Of a stretch of DNA of 64,000 nucleotides, positions 54,001 through 64,000 are shown piece after piece; position 1 is the stretch's first letter, and the number at the start of each line of letters is the position of its first letter. Where the stretch lies: the NCBI GenBank assembly GCA_904063045.1, contig CAJFCJ010000007.1:864819-928818 (forward strand), read 5' to 3'. Under the pieces are notes generated by a model. The model saw only the letters and a list, made by a program, of their open reading frames with translations. It was not told the DNA's origin and made no database searches. This stretch comes from Dimorphilus gyrociliatus. Taxonomy: Eukaryota; Animalia; Annelida. Position numbers and translations under genes: made by a program.

Positions 54001-57000
54001 GCTTTCGATTCGCCCTGCCCGCATATAATCGGCACGGTAGTCGTCTCGAACACCCTTTGTTGATAGCTCTCAAGGGTTTTCTTCTCTTTTTCGCGTTTTC
54101 GCTTTTGATTTGAAATTGGACGTATCTACAGAATTCATTAGAAATTTTCTTTGTTATGATTCAGAAATTGGGACAAAATCGAATTTTCAACCTTACTCTA
54201 AGTGCTTTATTTCTGTATTAAAAAAATGAAATAGTACCACTACAAAAGATTCTTTAATTTTGAAGCTTTTTATAGTTCTTAAAACTTCCTTACAGCATTC
54301 ACGATAAAAAGTTCATTTGTTAGTAGGGGTCGCCAAATAGTATATTGTGCTTAATCCTTAAGCTGAAAAGAGTATCTATTTCCGTCGCGGTCCTCTTAAT
54401 GAAAAATTAAGCCGATTTTCAATTATAGCTAACTTTTATCACATGACGTCAACTTGAACACTATTATCGATTCAATCAAACTTGTAAATTTAAATGTATT
54501 TATTTTGAATAAATATATAAAATATATATTTATCGACGAGAAGAATATAGAACACTCGGAACTCAAACAAAACGCTCTTTTTTCCGTTCACCAAACGCAA
54601 TTAAGCCGATTGAACACTAATATATCGATTGAACACTCGAAAAGGTTAAACAACGGCGATATATCGACAATACAGCATTTTCTTTAATTCGTAAAAAGCG
54701 TCTATGTTCGATTAGCCGTTTCTCATATTCAAATAATATTTGTTTTATAGATGTTAAATTTATCGCTCTAATTTTGCTTCTGTAACTGTTTGATTTTATA
54801 GATTTTTATTTATATACGTTAATAACCCATTTATCACAGAGAATAGATCAAAAATTGTTAATGTAGATATATTCTACTAATATTTTAATAAGTAAAGTGA
54901 AAACAAAAGGCGTTCGTTATCAACGTGTCGATTCGGTTTATATCTGCATTATTAAAACTGCTCTGGGACGCTGTCAAAACCTCATCAATAATACCCTTTC
55001 GAGTTTGTTTATTGAGTATACAAAAAAATTATTTGGGTGTTTGTCAACTTGAAACGAGAGTTTATGTATACAGCTTCAATATTTTTCTTTGCTTTCGATT
55101 AGGTAATATGGTATAATCGCACTAATTTATATATATAATTCCCATGGCACGCGTCTTATTTTTCTTACCTATAGCAATAAACACAATTAAATTTAAGTAT
55201 TAATTAAATTATCACTTCTTTTTGACCCTAATCATATAGCCATTGTGGTTTTGTTGGTGTTTTTAAGGAGTCTTTTCTGTAGCATTCGTTACGCCCCCCC
55301 CCCTTGTTAATAGTTGAATAGTGAAAGTTTATGGAATGTACAATTTTTTTTATATTAAGAGTCAGGAAATAATTCAAGAATTTTAATATTATTCTTTAAA
55401 ATGTCACGTGATAAATGTTGTATGTGTCTAACTGTACCTCTCATCTCTTTTATATATTGTGCAGCTGTCGATCCATTTTTGTCGCGCGTTAAAAATGTAT
55501 AAATTATATACGACCAGCATTTTGAACGCTTACACTACAGTTATGTTTACACAAAAAATAATGCGGTATCGTTTGATGTCTTAACTATAAAAGTAAACAA
55601 AACTTACTCTCCCTTTTTTTCCCAGATGGTATCAACAAGGCAAAGGCGAAATGCACGTTTATCTCACGCTTTGTGTCAACGGAAATGGTGCGAAATTCTG
55701 TGACTCTCTCGTTACGAGGCGTCGCGCAAGAGAACTTCCTTGAATCCTTTTATGATAAATTAATTGGGGGAGTTGCATCAGCTATACCGACATCTTTGTT
55801 AAACGTCTTCATAATCGATATTCAAGATTCAAGCAGAAACGTATTGAATGTAACACTATGCGTGAAGAAAGGAGAGCAAAACGGCAGAGATGAATTCTAT
55901 AGTCAGATATTTCTTAAGGAGCGTCTATACTTTAAAAGATCGTCCGTTGATAGCGCGACAGGACTTGAGGTAAAACGAACAAAGAAACACCTGGCTTTCA
56001 GGTATATTCAATTTCCTCTTTCTTTTTCAGCTTCTTCCATTTACTGAAGAAATGTGCATCACTGAGCCATGTTTTAACTTTGACGAATGTACAACTACAC
56101 CCCAAAAAGGAAAGCCTGGTAATTTTATACGAAGTCGAACAGGAACTACGTTTTTCCGCCCCATCCGTCCTGTCTATATACATCACTGTCATTGTCCAAG
56201 AGGATTTACAGGACTGAAAGAAAGTTTTGATTGCGACTATGAAGTTGATTTGTGCTATTCCCATCCATGTCAGAATAAGGGTACATGTAGATCTATCGAA
56301 AACGACTATAAATGTGAATGCAGGCATGGTTATATTGGTAAGTATCTATCTCTTTTCTAAAGAAAGCGTAACTTTGTACTTGCCTCTTTTAAGTAGGCAG
56401 CGGTCACAATTTGTGGGCGTTGCGAAAGCTTACTGTAAACAACAGCGTGTTGGTTCTTTTCCTTTTGAAAGTATTTTATAGCCCCTTCAACTATATCTTG
56501 ACATTCGTAAATCAACGGTTCATGCTTACGAACTAATCGTATCAGGGACTATAATTTTTTTGCTTTTTCATGTGCAACCGAATTCTTTTAGAGAATGGAC
56601 TACCGGACGGGTGCCGGTATTATTATATTTTTGGGAACAATAAAAAATCGTTTACTATTCATTCGCCTCGATGTTTTATAGCTGAATATTTTCTTTTGAT
56701 GTCTTTGTTAACCTTTAGCATCCTGCACACAGAAGTGGGTTACCGTTTTCTAACTGACAAATCGTCACTTTGATATCGATAAGATAGCATACATTTTCGA
56801 TGGATTAAATAACATTGCATAACTATATGAGGGTAGTGCGTGCTTAATGCGGCAATAAATCTGGCAAGTCGATAGACGTTTTAGGACCATGTTATTTTTT
56901 TTAAGACTATGATTAATGGTTACTATAGACCTTTGTTTGATTCAAATAGGTAAGAATTGCGAAACATATACCCTGGATAGTTCTTTTTGTCCTCCCGATG

Positions 57001-60000
57001 CATGTAAATCCGGTTCAGTATGTCAAACGAAGGCAACGGGAGGCTATAAATGCAAAATATGCATGAACGTACGTATTATTTGTTTCAATATTTTTATTTT
57101 ATTTGTTACCTAAATGTTTTTCTTTCAGTCTAACAATTGCAATTCAACTCAAGACTGTGCTTTCTTACCGGATAGAAATGATCGATGTGAGTTGACTACC
57201 AGATCATTCGCAAGCGGCTCTTTTCTAGTTTTTCCGTCCTTAAAGAAACGATATAGGTTTACTGTGGAATTAGAGTATGTTTTTCAAGGATTACACATTC
57301 TTTTGCTAAAAAAATATTACTTTCACAGATTTTCTACTGTTGAAAAATCTGGCCTACTATTTTACAATGGGAGATACAATGATGAAAATGATTTTATATC
57401 CTTAGAATTAATTAACGGACAGGTATTACTTTAATTTAACTTGTCAATCAAACAAAAACAAATCATCTTTTTTTTCAATATTTGTAGTTGGAAATAGCAT
57501 TTTCCCTTGGCAAAGAGACTGTTCGAAGCAGGACAAATACGATTGGAATATTGAATAATGGTGATTGGCATAAAGTTACCTTAGACTATTTCAATAAAAC
57601 TGCAACTGTATCAATCGGTGAAAATTGCGTGGCAGAGGCTGAATTAAAACTATCTAGAGCGCAGAAATGCGCAACCAGAGCTACTATTAATCTAGACGAG
57701 AAATGTTCTGACGATTCCGAGACTTGTTTTAGATTTCTCGACATTCCTGGACCACTTCAATTGGGTGGATTAGCAAGAAAAGTGAATACAAATAGAGAAT
57801 TACGAACTTCACAGTTTAATGGATGCATACGAAATTTAAGAATTGATGGAAAAATTGTCAATCTTGACGATTATACCCACAATTCTGGAACTAAACCTGG
57901 GTGCATGAGCAAGACTAAAAAATGTCTTAGTACGTCATGTCAAAATGGAGGGAGATGTCGAGAAATATGGAATGGAATATTTTGTGATTGTCCAGACGGG
58001 TATGGAGGAAAAACTTGCGCAGACTTTATATCCATGCCATATTCATTTAGTGGAAAATCTTTAGCAACATTCAGGAAGTCATCACATGGGCTAAGATCTA
58101 TTAAATTTCCTTGGGATATATCATTCCATCTAAGAACCTCCCAGAGTGTCTCTTCAGATGTCTTCGAAACTCAGCTAGTATCTAATAGTGGCACAAAATA
58201 TATCGTGCAGATAAGAATCGGCAATAATCGTCTTGAAGTAAGCATTGGAGGAAAGACGATATTCGTGAATAACGTTCGGGTTAACGACGGTAGATGGCAC
58301 CACTTGTCAATTATTTTGCTGAAGCTTGTTGTAAGATTTGATTTTGATTACGGTTCAATTGTTTACTCAGAGAAATTAAATCAAGACTTTTCTAATTACA
58401 TCGTTGGAGATATCCTATTTGGAAAGAATCTTATTGGATGCATAAAGAACGTGCAAGTCAACAGTCGAGAACTAACCAAGTCAAAGCTAGATAATATTCA
58501 ACGTTCGTGTAAATTGGAATCTGGCTGCAATTTAATTAAATGTCCAAAGTATTCAACTTGTGAAGAAAAATTCGGCGTTGCGAAATGTATTTGTGTACCC
58601 GGAAGACTTGGCCCAAAATGCGAAAAAATATGTGACAAATATAATCCTTGTAAAAATAATCAAACATGTTATCAAGATAATCTGGTGGACAGCGGTTTTA
58701 GATGCGCCTGCAGTAAAAATTATATTGGAGAGTTTTGTGAGACCTTTCTACCTGATAGCTGTCCAGATAAGTGGTGGGGGGTACCTCCATTTTGTGGACC
58801 ATGCGACTGTGGTAAACTCGGTATCAACTCGAAGTGCGATCCCTTAACCGGTAGTTGCTCTTGTGATGATTATCAGTTTGTAAATTCTGAGGGAAAATGT
58901 GAAGATTGCCGATGTAATGTTCAAGGTTCTAAGTCCCCTAAATGCACTGATGGGAAATGTATATGCATAAAGGGTGTTATCGGGAAAAAATGCAACTTGT
59001 GTGCCGATATATTCGCAGAAGTAACTGCAGAAGGATGCGCAGTTGTGTACGATGGTTGCCCTAGGGCGTTTAAAAATGGAATTTGGTGGGAAAAAACGAA
59101 ATATAATAGTCAAGATGTTCGTAATTGTCCCCTGGCTTCAGTTGGAAAATCATACAGGAATTGCACTGAAAACGGATGGTTAGAGGTGGACCTAACCGAA
59201 TGTATGTCTACAGTTTTGATTCCCCTAAGTGAAGAACTGACCAAACTAGAAGAAGATAATCTAATTTTAAATACCTTCGTTGTAAAATCTCTTATAAAAG
59301 AAGTTGAAATTGCTAGTAGATTAATTAGAGAATTTTATGCAAACGATATAGAAATTCTGGGAGGAATCCTTATATCAGTTTTGAAGTATGAGAGTTCGCA
59401 GTCGGGTTTAAATTTAACTCATACTCAAGATAGAAACTTTACAAGAAACCTAATTCAGACATTAGGCCGAATTTTAGATCCAAAATTGAATTCAATTTGG
59501 ACGAAGGTTAAAAGTGAAAATTTAGCAGCAGATTTGTTACAGTGGATGGAAAAATATTCAGATACGATGGCAAAAAATTTAAAGGCAACTTTTACACCGC
59601 CGTTTGATCAAATTCACGAAAATGTAATTTTGGGTGAGTACTTATGTTTATTTAAAAGATAGATTGTAGTTAATTTTTCATTTGGAGAAATATTTTTATC
59701 ACTCCAATCTCTAAATATCAATTTCTTTTACCCTGATTTTATCGGATATTCTCTAACCTAAGCACGACTAGATAAAAGTGATTTGTCAAATCAGCCAAGG
59801 ACAATTCCTTACCCTTTACAAACTCCATTTCACTTAGATAAGTCATCTACAGCTATAAACTTAAGCTGGGATGGCTCATCCACCTTTCCTAAATAAGGAA
59901 GAAAAACCGACCCCATTCTCAACTAAATTTCTTGTAGAGCTTTGATCATTACAAATAAATGGTGAATCAATTACGTATGGTATTTAAATAGTAAACAAAA

Positions 60001-61947
60001 TTTCTCTTCGCCAGGCTATTTCGTGCTCTAAATAAATTTACTTATGACAATTCCTTTGTTGTATATTTCTCTTTTATTAAAGTGCAAAGTAGAATTATTA
60101 ATATTTTTTCAACTATTTAATAACAGGTATGGACTATATTGAATTAAAGAACAAAAGTACTGTTCGTCTGCCAAAGTTTAACAACAAAGTAAAAAGTGAC
60201 AAATTTACAATAAAAACCTCGATAGAATTGCCTTTAGATGAAACTGGAAAAAATGACGTATCTTCATCAGCCGTTGGATATGTAATATATAAGAATATAG
60301 GAAATCTTCTTATATCGAATTTTGGAGCAACTGGACCCGTTTTTTCTGTTAATCTAGTTGATGGAAATGTTACTGTACATGGAAGTCAAAAGAAACCGGT
60401 TATTATGCTATTTGATTCAACGTATTCTGGAAACACGTCAAATTCGCAGTGCGTTTACTGGAAGGACTCTACTTGGGTTTCAGACGGATGTTCGAAAATA
60501 GATAAACATGCCTGCGCTTGTAATCATCTATCTACGTACACTATGTTAATGGATGCGCCATCTAAAGCAGTCTCAGTTCAAGTTATGGATGACTTGGTGT
60601 TTACAGTCTATATTGGTTTAGCGTTTTGCATAATGTGTGCTGTCGCATGTGCAATAATATTATTAATTTTACGAACTGCGAAACACAATAGCTCTATGAT
60701 TCACGCTCAAATATGCTTATGTCTAATAGCAGGACATTTGACGTTCCTGATAGGTATAAGACATGTTGAAAATGAGTTTCGATGCAAATTCGCCGCTATC
60801 ATTTTGCATTTGACTCATCTTTGTGCTCTCTCGTGGATCCTAGTTGGTGCTGTACATTTTCATAGAAGATTAGCTGAGCTGAAGGATATTGATAAAGGAA
60901 CGATGAAGTTTTACTACGTTTTAGGATATGTCCTACCAGCGATAGTCGTTGCTATGGCGACTGGCTTAGCTGCAGATGATTATGGGAATAATGGAGCTTG
61001 TTGGCTAAGTACGTCGGACACGCTGATTTGGAGTGCATTGGGGCCTGGGGGTTTCATTGTTTTGTTTACTTTAATTGTTTTGCTATTAGCTGTGAGGACA
61101 ACAAGAACAGTCAAACATATTCCGGACGGCGTGAAGAGTTCTATTAAAGCTTGTGCTTTTCTCCTTCCGATTTCCACTTTGGTTTCCGTTTTATGTTTAC
61201 TTACTGCTAACCAAGCTAAAGAGGCCATTCAGCACGTTTTAGGCGTTGCTGCCATCCTTCAAGGCGTCTCCTTAGTCATATCTTTTATTTTACTCGACAA
61301 ACGCGTTCTAAACGCTCTTAGGAAAAAAGACAATAAAAATCTTTCAAATGAAAACGTTGGGCCTCAGTCAGTTCTGGCCTATCATAATCATCTAAAGGCT
61401 GATGAAGTAACAAACGGGCGTATTCCACGAATTAACATATCAACTACGACAACAACGTCGAAATCCAGCACATGGAAAGATACGGTTTATTCATCAAATT
61501 TTGTATCTTATCCCCCAGCCTTATCGTCCGATATAGGGACAACAAATTTTGGCAGAGACTCTGATAGTGAGAGTGACGATGGTTTACCTCTGGATGCAAG
61601 TGGTTCTTCCGAGGAAGATATGGTCATCGGTAAATTGGGCTGGCCAAAAAAGTACTCTACTCAACCGCAATTAAGGGTGCTTGACTTGCCCCAGGAACCG
61701 TCTCCACCAAAACGACCAATAACTGAGTAAGTTATCATCAAAAATTTCCTATTTAAAAGATATTCTAAATTCGTCAACTATTTCCCGGAATAATAAACGA
61801 AGAGAAATTTGTTTTTTTAATAAAAAAAAAAGAGCGAAATTGAATATCATATAGCACATATATATTTCCGTTTTTATATTCTCTTTATTATTCCACAAAT
61901 AATGAATATTTCCTTGTCCAAACAGATTAACGGTCAGCAGCGTTTAA
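45099..61947 (+). CDS. CELSR: Flamingo / starry night / CELSR adhesion GPCR (9 cadherin repeats, EGF, 2 LamG, LamEGF, HormR, GAIN/GPS, 7TM)
   Basis: Exons 45099..48459, 55626..55969, 56031..56337, 56950..57068, 57129..57274, 57329..57422, 57488..59633, 60127..61726, 61926..61947. Furin site RLRR|S, DxNDxxP cadherin linkers, GPS CACNHL|STYTMLM, 7 hydrophobic helices, Ser/Asp-rich tail motif, C-terminal TVSSV. Confidence 0.96.
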
Positions 61948-63319
61948 TTTCAGTGAAAACTCAGCTTAATTGTTATTTTTTGTTACATATATATACGAGA
62001 CAATTTTTATTACTTGCATGATTTTTTATGATGAATTGCAAATATTTTTACAGATGCAATGTAAATACATATTTTCTTGTTTGTTTTTTTTATTGAATAC
62101 ATTACTTGCCAAGCAAATTGGAAACCACTTTGTATTGTTGTATATGCATAGTGTAGGATATTAATAAATTATCTACACTGAAAGTTAATCTGACAGCGTA
62201 ACAGACAATAAAAAATTACCTATTGTTTACTCTTTTTACGAGTTAACATTAACAATAGCACTGACAAACACCAGACAGAAATTAGCTCTAGAATTACCCG
62301 TGCAAGAGCTTTAGGCCTATATCTAACCTATCTTTGAACCCCAATGCCCCCCTGTCTTTCCCTTACCAACTAATTCCCTATCTCTATTACTATCCAGTAT
62401 TTTTTTCCCCCTCCATCATTTCTATTGATTGATTACTATTTATGGAGATTCATATTTAAGCAGTTTCATTAAGTAGAAGATAAACATACAAAAAGGATAT
62501 TTTAATGATCTATCAAACTTATTAAATTTAAGTATTTATAATAAAAGCAACATTAATATAAATAAATGTTATTGAAATGAGAGTAGAGAGAATAGAAGAA
62601 AGTCTTCTTTCAAAAGCTATGTTAAACTAAAAACCTAGTAATAATAAAACTAGTAGTCATTCATTATTCTCCTTCCGTAATTTTTCAAATATTGTAGACG
62701 AAATAGTGATTTCGTAGATATGTTATTTGTTGTGCAAATAGGCTTGAAGATTAGTTATTTAATAAGATATTTCAAGTGCCAACGCAGAAGATTTTGTTGT
62801 TAAGTGGACAAAAATAGAAAGAAGTAGATAGAATGATTACAAATATAAAGCAATATGCATAACTACAAGTTTTAAGTATCTATATTTAGGATGCTTTAAG
62901 GCTGTTGTCTTTGTTCTATAAATGAGGCGTAACATTTGACTAATATGTTCATACAATATCTTTATTAAAGTAAGATTATTAGTTTGAAGAATTAATGAAT
63001 ATATATATATATTATATATAAAAAAGACGTATACATAAGTAAGTATATACGAATTATTATCATTGTTACACATATATATATATATATAAAATAATTAGGT
63101 CATGCTTACTGAGAATAGGAAAGTTTTTTTGACCAGAAACAAGACAAAAAACTGAACAACAATTTTTTCACGGCAAAAATTGTATAAAAAATACTGTACA
63201 AGTAAAGTGTAAAACAGGTAATGTTTTTCGCTACTTTCCAGAACAGCAATTTCCTTAAAATTAAAAGAAATAAAGTAGTCAAAGTATTAAAAAAGAGCCA
63301 TTACAATGATGAATATGAA

Positions 63320-63376
63320 TATATATATATATATATATATATACAGCTGTATATATATATATAAATTTATATATAG
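63320..63376. repeat. (TA)n microsatellite with central CAGCTG (34 bp perfect palindrome 63330..63363)
   Basis: TA arms flank CAGCTG, about 80-130 bp downstream of the cadherin stop codon. Confidence 0.85.
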
Positions 63377-63452
63377 CTATCACTTAGCACCGAAAACACA
63401 AATTTTGGTCTATCTGTTGGAGAGCTTTAAAAAAAAAATAGAGTTAATTTTG

Positions 63453-64000
63453 TCAACGATCCATTTGACGAGCTGAGTACATATCGGCCAACCGCTGGAA
63501 TCTAGGTCCCCATTCTCCCAAATAATCGTAGCAATGTTCGGTTTCGTCTGAAGCAGCTGTTGAGGCTAAGGACGAAAGTGAATCACAAACTGATCCCTCA
63601 CCCTCGTAAGCATACGGCCTAAGGCTGTCGTGTGGGGGAGCTGAGACGTCCTGATCCGCCTCTGCTACTCGAGCACATATAAAATCAGCTACGTCCGCTC
63701 CCGGTGGTGGAACACGTGGCTGTCTTCTCCTTGGAGGATATTCCTCATTCGGTACATCTATACTCTTTGGTTTTTGCATTTTCTTCAAGGGTATACTCTC
63801 TAATGACGGTTTATAAGCGTTTTGATCTTCATCCCCAACACCATCTTCTTCATATCGAATTATATTCTCTCTAACATCGTCGTCTGGATCAACTCCGTGC
63901 ATATATGTTTTACCATTGACATGGTTAGCTTTGTAATTGCGGTGTTTGTACCTAGAATAGACTATAAGGATGAGTATAATCACTAATACGGCTATTGCGA
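63453..64000 (-). CDS. Classical cadherin, TM plus cytoplasmic domain (gene continues beyond the window)
   Basis: TM AIAVLVIILILIVY; juxtamembrane DVRENIIRYEEDGVGDEDQ; beta-catenin-binding PPHDSLRPYAYEGEGSVCDSLSSL and YDYLGEWGPRFQRLADMY. Confidence 0.95.
   Translation of the reverse strand, partial: AIAVLVIILILIVYSRYKHRNYKANHVNGKTYMHGVDPDDDVRENIIRYEEDGVGDEDQNAYKPSLESIPLKKMQKPKSIDVPNEEYPPRRRQPRVPPPGADVADFICARVAEADQDVSAPPHDSLRPYAYEGEGSVCDSLSSLASTAASDETEHCYDYLGEWGPRFQRLADMYSARQMDR

Noticed and set aside
50984-55116. Short ORFs listed inside Flamingo intron 1 (50984, 52531, 52722, 54454, 54925)
   Set aside because: Mostly non-ATG starts, intron-like composition, and no recognisable domain or transposase/RT motif.

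Overview
This is eukaryotic (animal) genomic DNA, not prokaryotic: very AT-rich and gene-dense, with mostly 52-80 bp spliceosomal introns and intergenic gaps often only 40-500 bp. The gene content looks like a non-ecdysozoan bilaterian with a miniaturised genome. A compact-genome annelid such as Dimorphilus fits, but that is inference only. The ORF track splits genes at introns and uses non-ATG starts, so exons were re-joined by hand. Gene order: beta-1,4-Gal/GalNAc transferase (partial, +), CCDC62-like (+), small orphan (-), large orphan (+), two tandem SLC22 transporters (+), intronless POMGNT1 (-), TRAPPC12 (+), Shisa/WBP1-like Cys-rich membrane protein (-), small coiled-coil ORF (-), RTF2 (+), MED28 (-), TTC21B/IFT139 (+), intronless BRF2 (-), PI4K type II (+), EHD-family ATPase (+), orphan type I membrane protein (-), Flamingo/CELSR (+), and the 3' end of a classical cadherin (-). 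No rRNA, tRNA, CRISPR or recognisable transposon was seen. Most interesting signals: (1) the PI4K2 gene carries two duplicated, mutually exclusive N-terminal modules, each with its own ATP-binding G-loop and apparently a GC-AG intron; (2) the adjacent EHD paralog has a mitochondrial-presequence-like N-terminus, altered KPF/GPF motifs and an apparent GG-AG intron; (3) Flamingo has a candidate alternative terminal exon giving a secreted ectodomain, plus a hidden PDZ-motif micro-exon; (4) BRF2 keeps the redox 'molecular pin' Cys; (5) TTC21B has a candidate 12-nt micro-exon and an X-box overlapping its first splice donor.
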